The position numbers were made by a program, and so were the translations under genes. The notes under the pieces were generated by a model. It saw only the letters and a list, made by a program, of their open reading frames with translations, was not told where the DNA came from and ran no database searches. Below are positions 27,966 through 38,856 of a stretch of 64,000 nt of DNA, in pieces; the stretch's first letter is position 1; each line of letters begins with the position of its first letter. The stretch lies in NCBI GenBank assembly GCA_030646915.1, contig JAUSKT010000021.1, positions 19,707 to 83,706 of the forward strand, given 5' to 3'. Origin of the DNA: a bacterium. GTDB taxonomy: Bacteria > Patescibacteriota > Minisyncoccia > UBA6257 > 02-FULL-45-10c.

Positions 27966-29283
27966 TAATCAAAAAATAATTTTATCGGGCCTTTTGGCAA
28001 TTACCTTTTTCATTTCTCTGGGTTATTCTTTTTATTTTCGAATTCCGACCGCCGCAGATGCGCGCGCTTATGACAGCATAGCTTGGAATATTGTCCGTGG
28101 AAATGGTTATTTAGAAGTTTCGGGCGTTTCGCCCGAGAAAGATAATTCTATTATTCGAGTTGGGCCGGGATATGAAATTTTCTTGGCGGCTATTTATTAT
28201 ATTTTTGGCCATAGCTATGAAGCAGTTTGGATTATTCAGGCATTGCTTATGGCGATGACAGCTTTATTGATTTTTTTAACTACTAAGGAGATTTTTCAGA
28301 ATCATTGGAATTTTCTTATTGGAATAATTGCCGCAGCTTTAGTCGGTTTTTCTCCTGATTTAATTACAATGCAGGGAATGTTAATGACTGAAACTTTGGG
28401 AATTTTTCTTATCGTTTTAACCAGCTATTTATTTTGCCGATATTATAATGCTGAAGAAAAATCTTGGATTTCGGCTATATTGCTGGGATTAGCTATCGGA
28501 TTAGCCACTTTAGTGCGAGCGCCGGCCTTGTTCTTGTTTTTTCCAGTTGCCGCTTATTTTTTAATATCTAAAAATTGGAAACATTTTTTATTGGCAGGCA
28601 TTACGATTATTGCGTTATTTTTGCCATGGATTATAAGAAATTATCAAGTTTATGGCGTTTTTTTACCGACTAATGCCGCTGCCGGATTTAATTTATTGAC
28701 TGGCAATCATTTGGGAGCAAGCGGAGAACAGGGCGATTTTTCGGTTTTGAATCATTATCCAGCGGGATTAAATGGAGTTCAGATCAATAAGCTAGCTACG
28801 GATGATGCTATAAAATTTATCCTAAATAATCCGCTAGAATTTTTAAAATTGACCATTTATCGAATTTCTATTTATTTCAGCTTTGCCCGGCCGACCGGAT
28901 TTTGGTTCCATCTTCGGGGATGGGATAAAATTATCACTTTAGTTTTATCGGCAATTTATTCAATTGCGCTTTTTATCTTTGGATTTTGGGGAATTAGCCA
29001 GATTAAAAATTTGGAGGTTAGGGAAAAGAACTTAGCCAAATTTTTTCTGACAATGCTTGTAATGATGCCACTCGCAATTATTGGCATTATTGTGGAAACA
29101 AGATATCGAATGTTAGTCTATCCATTTTTTGCAGTTTTCGCCGGTTATGGATTCAGCGAATTTTTAAATAAGCGTATATATTGGAAACCGGCTTTATATT
29201 TAGCATTGTTATTGTTTGTAAACAGCACTTTTGACATATTAAGAAATTTTGGCCGGATTATTGATAAAGTTAATAATTTCTAA
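27952..29283 (+). CDS. GT-C fold glycosyltransferase (PMT_2-like)
   Basis: DA--Y--IA-N, R-GPGY, L-TE-L and PW--RN motifs; multiple TM helices. Confidence 0.8.
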   Translation: MKNFNNQKIILSGLLAITFFISLGYSFYFRIPTAADARAYDSIAWNIVRGNGYLEVSGVSPEKDNSIIRVGPGYEIFLAAIYYIFGHSYEAVWIIQALLMAMTALLIFLTTKEIFQNHWNFLIGIIAAALVGFSPDLITMQGMLMTETLGIFLIVLTSYLFCRYYNAEEKSWISAILLGLAIGLATLVRAPALFLFFPVAAYFLISKNWKHFLLAGITIIALFLPWIIRNYQVYGVFLPTNAAAGFNLLTGNHLGASGEQGDFSVLNHYPAGLNGVQINKLATDDAIKFILNNPLEFLKLTIYRISIYFSFARPTGFWFHLRGWDKIITLVLSAIYSIALFIFGFWGISQIKNLEVREKNLAKFFLTMLVMMPLAIIGIIVETRYRMLVYPFFAVFAGYGFSEFLNKRIYWKPALYLALLLFVNSTFDILRNFGRIIDKVNNF

Positions 29284-29284
29284 T

Positions 29285-30316
29285 ATGCCCACTTTAAATA
29301 AATTTTTAGAAAATAAAACAATTTTAGTCTGCGGCGGATGTGGTTTTATGGGTTCTAATTTCATCCGTTTTATTTTGGATAATTTTAAAAAAACTAAAAT
29401 TATTAATTTAGATCTTTTAACTTATGCCGGAAATAAAGATAATTTAAAGGAGATTAATCTTAAAAATTACAGCTTTATAAGGGGGGATATCAATAACACT
29501 AAGCTTGTTGCAGGATTAATGAAAAAGGCTGATTTAGCGGTCAATTTCGCCGCAGAAACTCATGTAGACAAGTCTATCCACGGCGGCGCTCCAGATTTTG
29601 TCCGCACTAATATTTTAGGGGTTCAGTCTTTGCTGGAGGCGTTGCGCCAGTCGCCAAAAATTTTAAAATTTATACAGATTTCTACTGATGAAGTTTGGGG
29701 AGATTTAAGCCTTAATTCTAAAATTAAATTTACTGAAAAATCAGCATTTAAACCAAATTCTCCATATGCGGCTTCTAAGGCGGCCGGCGATCTTTTAGTT
29801 CGGTCTTACTTTAGGACTTATGGGTTGCCGATGATTGTTTCCCATTCGGTAAATAATTTCGGTCCAAGGCAATTTCCAGAAAAGCTGATTCCTTTTTTTG
29901 CTTTAAGGGCAATGCAAAATAAGCCCCTGCCTCTTTATGGCGATGGGAAAAATGTCCGTGACTGGCTTTATGTAGATGACCATAGTTCAGCTATTTTAAC
30001 TCTTTTTCAGAAAGCTAAGACAGGGGAGGTTTATGCGATTTCTCGAAGCGAAGAATATTCTAATTTAGAAATTGCTGATAGAATACTAAAGATATTAGAT
30101 AAATCCAATAATTTAATAACTTTTGTTAAAGACCGGCCAGGACACGATCGGAGATATTCCGTCGATTCTTCAAAATTAAGGCTTTTGGGTTGGCAGCCCA
30201 AATTTTCATTTGAAAAGCAGTTGAAAAAAACAATAAGTTGGTATAAAGAAAACCTGCAATGGTTTAATAATGTTCTAAAGAAGAGTAGCGAAATTAATAA
30301 GCATATTAAGATATAA
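29285..30316 (+). CDS. rfbB: dTDP-glucose 4,6-dehydratase
   Basis: GGCGFMGSNF, LTYAGN, FAAETHVD, STDEV, YAASK and DRPGHDRRY motifs. Confidence 0.92.
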   Translation: MPTLNKFLENKTILVCGGCGFMGSNFIRFILDNFKKTKIINLDLLTYAGNKDNLKEINLKNYSFIRGDINNTKLVAGLMKKADLAVNFAAETHVDKSIHGGAPDFVRTNILGVQSLLEALRQSPKILKFIQISTDEVWGDLSLNSKIKFTEKSAFKPNSPYAASKAAGDLLVRSYFRTYGLPMIVSHSVNNFGPRQFPEKLIPFFALRAMQNKPLPLYGDGKNVRDWLYVDDHSSAILTLFQKAKTGEVYAISRSEEYSNLEIADRILKILDKSNNLITFVKDRPGHDRRYSVDSSKLRLLGWQPKFSFEKQLKKTISWYKENLQWFNNVLKKSSEINKHIKI

Positions 30317-30322
30317 AATAAA

Positions 30323-31042
30323 ATGAAAGGTGTAATTCTTGCCGGCGGAAACGGCACAAGGCTAAGCCCCCTTACTTTAGTTACTAATAAGCATCTTTTG
30401 CCGGTGTATAAAAAACCGATGATTTATTGGCCGCTGGAAACATTGATCCAATGCGGAATTAAAAATATTCTTATTATTTCTGGACGGGGGCATGCCGGGC
30501 ATTTTGTAAATTTACTTGGTTCTGGAAAAAAATTTGGAGTAAATCTGTCTTATGAGGTACAGGAAAATGCCGGTGGCATTGCCCATGCGCTGGCTATAGC
30601 CGATGATTTTGCTGATAACGGAAAAATTGCTGTTATTTTAGGGGATAATGTTTTTATGGATTCTAAAGAAATTCAAAAGGGAGTTAAAGATTTTAAACAA
30701 CAAAAAAATGGATCAAAAATATTTTTAAAATCAGTTCTAGATGCTAACCGATTTGGCGTGGCAGAAATTAATAAAAAGAAAGTAGCCAGAATAGAAGAGA
30801 AGCCAGCTAAGCCGAAATCCAATTTGGCGGTTACCGGTATATATCTTTATGACGAGCAGGTATTTAATATTATCCGAAAAATTAAACCATCCCGAAGGGG
30901 GGAGTTGGAAATAACTGACGTTAATAATTCTTATATTAAGAAGAATCAGATGACTTTTCAGATTTTAAAATCAGAATGGACCGATGCTGGAACTTTTGAT
31001 TCTCTTTTGCGTGCGAATTTACTTGCAGCTGAAATGGCTTAG
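30323..31042 (+). CDS. rfbA: Glucose-1-phosphate thymidylyltransferase (short RmlA/SpsI type)
   Basis: GVILAGG-GTRL-PLT, LGDN, EEKP and RGELEITD motifs. Confidence 0.88.
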   Translation: MKGVILAGGNGTRLSPLTLVTNKHLLPVYKKPMIYWPLETLIQCGIKNILIISGRGHAGHFVNLLGSGKKFGVNLSYEVQENAGGIAHALAIADDFADNGKIAVILGDNVFMDSKEIQKGVKDFKQQKNGSKIFLKSVLDANRFGVAEINKKKVARIEEKPAKPKSNLAVTGIYLYDEQVFNIIRKIKPSRRGELEITDVNNSYIKKNQMTFQILKSEWTDAGTFDSLLRANLLAAEMA

Positions 31043-31054
31043 AATTTTTATATT

Positions 31055-31753
31055 ATGCATAAATTATCAATAGTTATTCCGGCATATGATGAAAAAAATA
31101 CCATTGAAGAAATTATCCGACGAGTTAAGGCTGTGAATCTCAATGGCGTAGTAAAAGAAATTATTGTGGTGGATGATGGTTCTAAAGATGGCACTAGGGA
31201 AATACTCAAGAAAATTACGGATATTCGCTATATTTTCCACGAAAAAAATCTTGGCAAGGGCGGAGCGATGAAAACTGGATTTAAAGCTGCGACTGGAGAC
31301 TTACTAATACCCCAAGATGCAGATTTAGAATATGATCCCAATGATTATGGGGCTATGATCGCGCCGATTTTACGGGGCGAAACAGAGGTTACTAATGGAG
31401 TCCGTATTCAGCCAAAAAATGATTCTCGCCGAACCACAGTCGCTTATTGGCTGCATTGGCTTGGCAATAATGCAATTACTTGGACGACGAATTGGCTTTA
31501 TTGGAATAATGCCGAAGAGTATGAGGGGTGTTATAAGGCCATTACCAAAAGACTACTTGATTCAATTAATATAAAAACGAATAATTTTGATTATGACAAT
31601 GAGCTTTTTTGTAAGTTTTTAAAACAAGGCTATAAAATTATTGATGTGCCAATTAAATACTATCCAAGAGATTACGAGCAGGGTAAAAAAATCAATTGGA
31701 AGCACGGTTTTTTGATTTTATGGACGATTATTAAAACCCGATTTATTGATTAG
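31055..31753 (+). CDS. GT2, DPM1-like
   Basis: VDDGS-DGT, N-GKG-A, QDADLEYDP and GKKI-W motifs. Confidence 0.88.
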   Translation: MHKLSIVIPAYDEKNTIEEIIRRVKAVNLNGVVKEIIVVDDGSKDGTREILKKITDIRYIFHEKNLGKGGAMKTGFKAATGDLLIPQDADLEYDPNDYGAMIAPILRGETEVTNGVRIQPKNDSRRTTVAYWLHWLGNNAITWTTNWLYWNNAEEYEGCYKAITKRLLDSINIKTNNFDYDNELFCKFLKQGYKIIDVPIKYYPRDYEQGKKINWKHGFLILWTIIKTRFID

Positions 31754-31777
31754 GAATTAACTCAAAACACCCATATT

Positions 31778-32845
31778 TTATTTTTGTGCTTGAAGGACGG
31801 AGCGGTAGGCAACCAAGGTTCTTGCTAATCCAGTTTCTAAATCTACGGTGGGGTTAAAACCCAAATCTCTTTTTATTTTTGTAATATTTGGGCATCGGCG
31901 TTTTGGCTCTCCGGCTGGGTAGGATTCTGGATAATTAATAAGCTGTACTTTAGAATTAGTCGCCGCTAATTTAGTTATGATATTTCCTAAATCATTCATA
32001 TTGATTTCTTCATTATCCCTACCTACGTTATAAACCTCGCCATTTTTACCAGAAACTAATATTTTAAAGAATCCTTGGATGGCATCAGTTATATAGCAAA
32101 AAGTCCGAGTTTGATTTCCCTTGTCATGAACTGGTAAATTTTCTCCGTTAATAGCCTTAACCATAAAAGTTGGTATTACCCTGTAATCATTCACTTTCAT
32201 TCCTGGACCATAGACATTGAATGGACGGACTATTTTAACTGGAAGATTATATAGTTGGTGGTAAGTTACGCAAAGAGTTTCGCCTAAGCGCTTGGATTCA
32301 TCGTAGCAAGCTCGGGGTCCGATAGGAGAAATATTTCCGGAATACTCCTCGGGTGTAGGAATAAATTTAGGATCTGGATCCCCATAAATTTCACTGGAAC
32401 TGAAATAAAGCATACTTTTAACTTTCTTTTCTTTTGTATATTCCAAAAAATTTTTAGTGCCGTTTACAGCCACCTCAATAGTTTCGATTGGAAATTTTTT
32501 ATAGTAAAAAGGGGAGGCTAAACCAGCGGCATGAATTACGTAATCGGCATCAATATTCGTTGGAATAGGTTTCCTGACATCGTGTTCAATAAGTTTAAAA
32601 TTAGGATTATTTTCAGAGGCGAAAATTAAATTTTTTTGGGAGCCAGTGATAAAATTATCCATAATTATCACTTTGCAGGGATTTTTTAAAACTTCCTTAT
32701 TTAATTGAAGAAATGTGGCGACTAAATAATTCCCCAAGAAGCCCGCGCCGCCAGAAATCAGAATAGTTTTTCCATCAAAAGCAGGTGCTTCCCTTTTGAT
32801 AGAATCAATGATATTTTTAATGTCTTCTTGTATAAGAGCATCCAT
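31778..32845 (-). CDS. UDP-glucuronate decarboxylase (UDP-xylose synthase)-like SDR
   Basis: GGAGFLG, A--ASP--Y, SSSEIYGDP, GPRACYDESKR and QTRTFCY motifs. Confidence 0.8.
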   Translation of the reverse strand: MDALIQEDIKNIIDSIKREAPAFDGKTILISGGAGFLGNYLVATFLQLNKEVLKNPCKVIIMDNFITGSQKNLIFASENNPNFKLIEHDVRKPIPTNIDADYVIHAAGLASPFYYKKFPIETIEVAVNGTKNFLEYTKEKKVKSMLYFSSSEIYGDPDPKFIPTPEEYSGNISPIGPRACYDESKRLGETLCVTYHQLYNLPVKIVRPFNVYGPGMKVNDYRVIPTFMVKAINGENLPVHDKGNQTRTFCYITDAIQGFFKILVSGKNGEVYNVGRDNEEINMNDLGNIITKLAATNSKVQLINYPESYPAGEPKRRCPNITKIKRDLGFNPTVDLETGLARTLVAYRSVLQAQK

Positions 32846-32934
32846 AAATTTAAAGCTTTTTATTTTAGAGATAGGTTGATTATAAATTATATATTATATT
32901 TGTAAATCGGGGAAATTTGAATCATTATTATAAC

Positions 32935-34533
32935 ATGATAAATAATAAAAAAGTTATTGTGGTTTTGCCGGCTTATAATGCCGCTAAAACTTTAGAAAAG
33001 ACTTTATTTGCTATACCAAAAGATTGGGTAGACGATGTTATTTTAGTGGATGATTTGAGTCGCGATGACACAGTGGCAGTTGCAAAAAAAATGGGACTAA
33101 AAACTTTTGTTCATGAGAAAAATCTTGGTTATGGCGGAAATCAAAAGACTTGTTATAGAGAAGCTTTAAAATTAGGCGCTGATATCGTGGTAATGCTGCA
33201 TCCGGATTTCCAATATGACCCATCTTTTATTCCAGAAATGATTAAGCCAATTGCTATGGGTGAATGCGATGCAGTATTCGGTTCTCGGATGTATGTAAAG
33301 AGGAATGCTCTTTTGGGCGGCATGCCTTATTGGAAATTTTTTGCCAATATTTTTTTGACTTTACTGGAAAATTTAGTTTTGAAGATGAATTTAACTGAGT
33401 ATCACTCTGGCTTTCGAGCTTATAGTAAAAGAGTTTTAGAATTGCCGCTATATTTGAATTCTGACGGTTTTGTTTTTGATACGGAAATTATTGTTCAGAT
33501 GAAAGTAGCAGGAATGAAAATTAAAGAAATTCCTATCACAACCAGGTATTTTTCTGAAGCTTCTATGATTGGATTTTGGCGCAGCGTTCAATACGGACTT
33601 AATATTTTATCAGTAATGTTTCGTTATTTGCTGGGCCAATTTGAAATTCAATATTGTGAAAAATCTTGCCCGAATTGCCAAAAACAGCAGTCACTTATTT
33701 TTTTAAGGGGGTCTGATGATTTGATGGGGATATTAAAAAATACTAATTATCAGATTACTGAGTCTAATATTGGCCTTTATGGAAATATATATCACTGCGT
33801 TAATTGTGACTTATATTTTGTTGATCGTTTTAATATTGAAGCTGCGTTAAATAAATATTATGCTAGGCAGTCGTTGGATATTGTTTATTTAAGAGATGTA
33901 ATCGGAAGACGCAAGGCCTTTCGGCGAGTATTAGAAAAAATAATATATTTAAATCCGGATATGAAAAATTTATTGGATATCGGTTGCGGTCCAGGATTTT
34001 TCTTAGCTGAAGCAGAATCAGCAGGTTTGGATGTTTGGGGGTTGGAGATTTCCAATGAATCGGTTAAATTTGCCAAAGATAAATTAAATTTGCCTCAAGT
34101 TTTTCAAGACGAAGAGTCGCTTGAAGAAGCGGCTCCTAAACCATTTGGTGCAATCACCGCTTTTGATTTTATTGAGCATGCTTTAGACCCAAAGGAAATT
34201 TTTATAAAGGTGCATAAAAAACTTGAAACAGGAGGCCTGTTTGTATTTACTATTCCAATTATTGATTCGTTTGTGGCTAAATTACTTGGCAAAAGATGGC
34301 ATGCCTTGGTGCCCTCTCATTTGAATTATTTTACTTTTAAATCATTAGCGAATATTTATCTACCATTAGGATATTCATTAGTTAGAAAAAGATGGCATTG
34401 GAAATATTTATCTTTTTCTTATTTATTAAAGCGATTATTTAAAAAACCAGATTGGCGGCTTCCTAAGGTATTGGATTTTGTAATTCCAGTTAATTTTTTT
34501 GATGAAGCAGAGGTTTACTTAAGAAAAAATTGA
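32935..34533 (+). CDS. GT2 (DPM1-like) fused to a Zn-ribbon plus class I methyltransferase
   Basis: N-terminal PAYNAA...GYGGNQK...HPDFQY; C-terminal CPNC...CVNC, LDIGCGPG and D-IEH. Confidence 0.85.
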   Translation: MINNKKVIVVLPAYNAAKTLEKTLFAIPKDWVDDVILVDDLSRDDTVAVAKKMGLKTFVHEKNLGYGGNQKTCYREALKLGADIVVMLHPDFQYDPSFIPEMIKPIAMGECDAVFGSRMYVKRNALLGGMPYWKFFANIFLTLLENLVLKMNLTEYHSGFRAYSKRVLELPLYLNSDGFVFDTEIIVQMKVAGMKIKEIPITTRYFSEASMIGFWRSVQYGLNILSVMFRYLLGQFEIQYCEKSCPNCQKQQSLIFLRGSDDLMGILKNTNYQITESNIGLYGNIYHCVNCDLYFVDRFNIEAALNKYYARQSLDIVYLRDVIGRRKAFRRVLEKIIYLNPDMKNLLDIGCGPGFFLAEAESAGLDVWGLEISNESVKFAKDKLNLPQVFQDEESLEEAAPKPFGAITAFDFIEHALDPKEIFIKVHKKLETGGLFVFTIPIIDSFVAKLLGKRWHALVPSHLNYFTFKSLANIYLPLGYSLVRKRWHWKYLSFSYLLKRLFKKPDWRLPKVLDFVIPVNFFDEAEVYLRKN

Positions 34534-34541
34534 AGGATCAA

Positions 34542-35975
34542 ATGATTGAAAACTTTTTAAAAAAATATTATTCAGAAATTATTTTTTGTTTATTGTTAAC
34601 TGGCATAGTAATTGTTTCCTTGCCGGCTTTAACCACTAAGCCTAGGCTTTGGTATGACGAGGGGATTAATATTGAATTTGCTAAGAATTTTCTTGATTTT
34701 GGAAAATTAGACACTTCAGTTGCTCCAGGAGAGTTTTCCGGATTAACTCGTTTTTATCAGGCATCTGGCTACCCACTTTCTCTTCCTCTGAGCATTTTTT
34801 TTAGTATTTTTGGATTTGGCTCAGTTCAAGCTAGGGCTTACATGCTTTGCTGGATAGCGATTGCGCTCACATCAATTTTTATTTTTGTTAAAAAAATGGC
34901 TGGAAAAGAAGCGGCTTTAGCTGCTTCAATTCTAATCGCTACTTTTGCATCGTTTCATGATAATGGCCGTACGGTTATGGGGGAAATTCCAGGATTTGTT
35001 TTCTTGCTTTGGGCGTTATATTGGATTTTCTGGAAAAATTCTTATTTTATCAGTGGTTTATTATTTGGCTTAGCGATTTCTGCCAAGCCGTCGGTTTATA
35101 TTTCAGCTTTACCGGCAATTTTAATTTTGCTTATTTTAGAGCGGGATAATTTTTGGAAGAACGGATTAAAAATTTTCGCCGGAATGCTCCCGCTGTTTTT
35201 ATTAAGAATTTGGTTTGTCATGCCAAATATTTTTTCTTTAGCGGACTGGCAAGGAGTGATTAATCTTTTTCAAAATCCTTTTGGCGCCAATATTTCTCCG
35301 GCAGTCAATTTTTTAGCTAATTTTTCCGCTATTCCAAGGACTTATACTATTATTTATTTTGGATTATTTACTGCAATTATTTTATTTGATTATTTCAGGC
35401 GGAACCCCAAAGATTTTATTTATAAGAAATTTTTTTGGTTTGCAATCATTTATAATTTTTTCGCCTTTTTATATTATCTTAAAAGTCCGGGCTGGCTCCG
35501 TTATTTAATAGCAGCTGATCTCCTTACCTTTATTCTTTTAGTTTTGGCCTTAAGAAATCTTCTATTAGAATCCATAAAAAAGAAAATACTTTTTTATTTG
35601 ATAATTTTCGGCTTAATTAGTTTTCAAACCTATTATTTATTTACTAGCGCCAAGATATTTTACTCGGATAGTGAGGAGGTAGTTATTAGTTTAGTAAATA
35701 CAGAATTTAAAAATAATACCATTGGCATTTTTAATGTTCCAGAAATTGGCGCTTTTGTGCCAGCCGAAAGGAAATATCAAACTTATCGCATGTTGGGTGT
35801 TCCTTTTATCGGGAAAAATCCTATTTTTTATAATCCATTTCCAAAATTTTTTATTCTAAGATCCGGAGAGGAAACATCCCATTTTTTATCGGGAGAAAAA
35901 GAAATTTTACTAAAGAATTACCAACTTTTACAAATAGTAGGACATTACAGTATTTATAAACGAATTGTGGATTAA
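34542..35975 (+). CDS. GT-C fold glycosyltransferase (PMT_2-like)
   Basis: WYDEG, QAR, GE-P and A--AKP motifs; multiple TM helices. Confidence 0.78.
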   Translation: MIENFLKKYYSEIIFCLLLTGIVIVSLPALTTKPRLWYDEGINIEFAKNFLDFGKLDTSVAPGEFSGLTRFYQASGYPLSLPLSIFFSIFGFGSVQARAYMLCWIAIALTSIFIFVKKMAGKEAALAASILIATFASFHDNGRTVMGEIPGFVFLLWALYWIFWKNSYFISGLLFGLAISAKPSVYISALPAILILLILERDNFWKNGLKIFAGMLPLFLLRIWFVMPNIFSLADWQGVINLFQNPFGANISPAVNFLANFSAIPRTYTIIYFGLFTAIILFDYFRRNPKDFIYKKFFWFAIIYNFFAFLYYLKSPGWLRYLIAADLLTFILLVLALRNLLLESIKKKILFYLIIFGLISFQTYYLFTSAKIFYSDSEEVVISLVNTEFKNNTIGIFNVPEIGAFVPAERKYQTYRMLGVPFIGKNPIFYNPFPKFFILRSGEETSHFLSGEKEILLKNYQLLQIVGHYSIYKRIVD

Positions 35976-36006
35976 TCAAAGATAAATTATAATAAAATTC
36001 ATCTTA

Positions 36007-37221
36007 ATGAAAATTATAAAATATAAAAAACAACTAGGAGTGGGAGGATTTTCAGCAACTCCTATCACAAAAAAATATGTAAATGAGGTCTTAAAAACTG
36101 GCAGGCTTAGTTATGGCCCCTTTTTAAAATCTTTTGAAAAAAAATTTGCAGAAATCCACAATAGGCGATTTGGCATATCTGTAAATAGCGGTACCAGTGC
36201 TTTGCAGGTTGCAGTTCATGCCCTAAAATCGTTTGATGGCTGGCAGGATGGTGATGAGATTTTGGTTCCGGCGCTTACTTTTATTGCCACTTCTAATGTT
36301 GTTCTTTCAAATAATTTAAAGCCGGTTTTTGTTGATATAGACAAGCGTACTTATAATATTGATCCTAAAAATATTGAAAAAAAGATTACTAAAAAAACCA
36401 GGGCAATTATGCCGGTGAATCTTTGTGGCCTACCAGCGAATATGAAAGCAATAATGAAAATTGCAAAGAAGCATAAATTAAGAGTTATAGAAGATTCCTG
36501 CGAAACAATGTTTGTAAAGCGGGATGGCGAGATGGTTGGTTCTTTAAGCGATATTGCCTGTTTTTCTACTTATGTGGCCCATCTTTTGACTACGGGAGTG
36601 GGCGGGCTTGTGTTAACTAATGATAAAGAAATTGCTATAAAATTAAGGAGCTTAGTTAATCATGGACGAGATTCTATTTATCTTTCTATAGATGATGATA
36701 AAAATAAGAGCGGGGGGGAAATGAAAGAAATTATAAGCCGCCGCTTTTCTTTTATTGATATCGGATACAGTTATCGACTTACTGAATTTGAGGGCGCTTT
36801 AGGCTTAGCTGGATTGGCTCAATGGAAAGAAAATATTACAGCAAGAAAGAAGAATGCCAGAATGTTATTAAATGGCCTTGCTCAATTTAGCGATTTTTTG
36901 CAGCTGCCATATATACCACGTGGGGCAGAACATGCATTTATGATGTTTCCGATTACCGTAATTAATAAGAAAATTAATATGATTGAATTGGTAAATTGGC
37001 TGGAGAGCTGGAATATTGAAACTCGTCCATTATTCCCGCTTTTAAATCAGCCTATTTATCAAAAAATATTCGGAGATTTGGAGCCAAAATATCCAATTGC
37101 AACTTTTGTAAGGAAAAATGGATTTTATATAGGATGCCATCCTCAATTGAAGAGTGCTGATATAAGTTACATAATTTCAGTTTTTAAAGATTTTTTTAAA
37201 TTAAATAAGCTTCAAAAATAA
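36007..37221 (+). CDS. DegT-fold enzyme with His at the PLP-Lys position: ColD/RfbH-like NDP-4-keto-6-deoxyhexose 3-dehydratase
   Basis: NSGTSAL, EDSCE and FSTYVAHLLTTGVGG (H where aminotransferases have K). Confidence 0.72.
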   Translation: MKIIKYKKQLGVGGFSATPITKKYVNEVLKTGRLSYGPFLKSFEKKFAEIHNRRFGISVNSGTSALQVAVHALKSFDGWQDGDEILVPALTFIATSNVVLSNNLKPVFVDIDKRTYNIDPKNIEKKITKKTRAIMPVNLCGLPANMKAIMKIAKKHKLRVIEDSCETMFVKRDGEMVGSLSDIACFSTYVAHLLTTGVGGLVLTNDKEIAIKLRSLVNHGRDSIYLSIDDDKNKSGGEMKEIISRRFSFIDIGYSYRLTEFEGALGLAGLAQWKENITARKKNARMLLNGLAQFSDFLQLPYIPRGAEHAFMMFPITVINKKINMIELVNWLESWNIETRPLFPLLNQPIYQKIFGDLEPKYPIATFVRKNGFYIGCHPQLKSADISYIISVFKDFFKLNKLQK

Positions 37222-37224
37222 AAT

Positions 37225-37944
37225 ATGCCCGCTCCAACATTTTCTTTCGTTTTTCCGACTTATAATGAAAAGGATAATATTAAAATTTTAATCCCGACTA
37301 TTATTAATATTTTTAAGGGATTAATTATAGAAATTATTATTGTAGACGACGGATCCACTGACGGCACCATTGAAGAAATACAAAAATTTCAAAAAGAACA
37401 CCTCAATATTTTTTTAGTTAAAAGAAATAGATTAGGGGGCATCGGATCCGCTTTGATTGCTGGCTATAACTCGGCCAAAGGAGAATATATAATTTCTTGC
37501 GATTCCGACCTGTCTTTTTCTTTTGATGGCATTAAAGAAATAGCAGATAAATTAATGCTCGGCACCTATGATTTAGTTTTAGGCTCCAGATATTTGAAGG
37601 GCTCTTATTACGAGGCGCCAAATTCCAATATTTTGAAAAAGAAATTAATCAGTAAATTCGGCAATATTTTTTTGCGTTTTGTTACTTTCATTCCAGTAAG
37701 TGATTTTTCAGCTGATTGCCGGGGTATAAAAAATTCGATTTGGAAAAATCTTGGCGTTAAAAGCAGGGATAATTTCATGCTTTTTGAGACTGTTTGGAGG
37801 GTTTATAGGGCTGGAGGATCTATAAGAGAGGTGCCGGTAAAATTTCACGATAGGAGGTTTGGCGTTTCAAAATTAAAATTAAGAAAAGAATTTTTTGTAT
37901 TTTTTTCGCAATTATTCAAATTATATTTTAGCCATGAAAAATAA
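37225..37944 (+). CDS. GT2, DPM1-like
   Basis: PTYNE, VDDGSTDGT, DSDLS, GSRY and R--G-SK motifs. Confidence 0.85.
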   Translation: MPAPTFSFVFPTYNEKDNIKILIPTIINIFKGLIIEIIIVDDGSTDGTIEEIQKFQKEHLNIFLVKRNRLGGIGSALIAGYNSAKGEYIISCDSDLSFSFDGIKEIADKLMLGTYDLVLGSRYLKGSYYEAPNSNILKKKLISKFGNIFLRFVTFIPVSDFSADCRGIKNSIWKNLGVKSRDNFMLFETVWRVYRAGGSIREVPVKFHDRRFGVSKLKLRKEFFVFFSQLFKLYFSHEK

Positions 37945-38830
37945 AAGAATACGAGTAGTAGTTTTCGGCAAATCCGGATTATTAGGGGGAGAATTTTTTA
38001 GTTATTTTATTTCAAAAAAAATTTCTGTTTTTGGATATGATTCCAAGAGCTGTGATATAACAAAATTTGATCAGATTTTTAAGATTATTAAAAAAATAAA
38101 ACCCGATATAGTAATAAATTGCTCGGGTAAAATAAATATTGATAAATGCGAGGAAGATCCGGTAGGCGCATATATGGTAAATTCTATTGGTCCAGGCAAC
38201 ATCGCCCGTGCTTTGAAACTTTTAAATAAAAAAACCGCTTTTTTTCATATAAGCACTGCTTATATTTTTGGCGGCAAGGCATCGGGGGGATATAAAGAGA
38301 ACTCGGACGTTAAGCCGGTTAATATTTATGGCTGGTCTAAATTTTTAGGAGAAAAAATCGTAGAACAGGAATTAAGAAAAAATAGCTTGGTTAAATATTT
38401 TATTATAAGAACTGGTTGGATGTATGGCGGATTTCGAAGGACTTTTATTGAAGACATTATTGATTCTTTGCGCACGAATAAAACTATGAAGTTAGTTACT
38501 GATAATTATAATGTTCCAACCTGGACAGGAGATTTGGTTAGGGGTGCGGTCGCTTTATTAAAAAATAAAAAATTAAAAAGCGGAATTTATCATTTGTTTA
38601 ATAGTTATAAAAAACCCGTGGCTAAATATGACATAGGAGTTTTTATGGCTGGTATCTTGAGAATCAACACTAAGAGGCTTGAGCCGTGCCGATATAAGGA
38701 TGTTTCTAAAATTGGCAAGCCGGGAAATACTATATTGATAAATTCAAAGGTCAAGAATCTGCCTGATTGGAAAAAATCTCTGGCTCGTTATTTAAAGCTT
38801 AAATACTGGAACAGTTTTAATTTGAAATAA
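37934..38830 (+). CDS. RmlD-like NDP-4-keto-sugar reductase (SDR)
   Basis: G-SGLLG, D-CE--P, HIST-Y-F-G and P-N-YG-SK--GE motifs. Confidence 0.8.
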   Translation: MKNKRIRVVVFGKSGLLGGEFFSYFISKKISVFGYDSKSCDITKFDQIFKIIKKIKPDIVINCSGKINIDKCEEDPVGAYMVNSIGPGNIARALKLLNKKTAFFHISTAYIFGGKASGGYKENSDVKPVNIYGWSKFLGEKIVEQELRKNSLVKYFIIRTGWMYGGFRRTFIEDIIDSLRTNKTMKLVTDNYNVPTWTGDLVRGAVALLKNKKLKSGIYHLFNSYKKPVAKYDIGVFMAGILRINTKRLEPCRYKDVSKIGKPGNTILINSKVKNLPDWKKSLARYLKLKYWNSFNLK

Positions 38831-38856
38831 TCTTTGATTTGCCTTATATTTCATTT

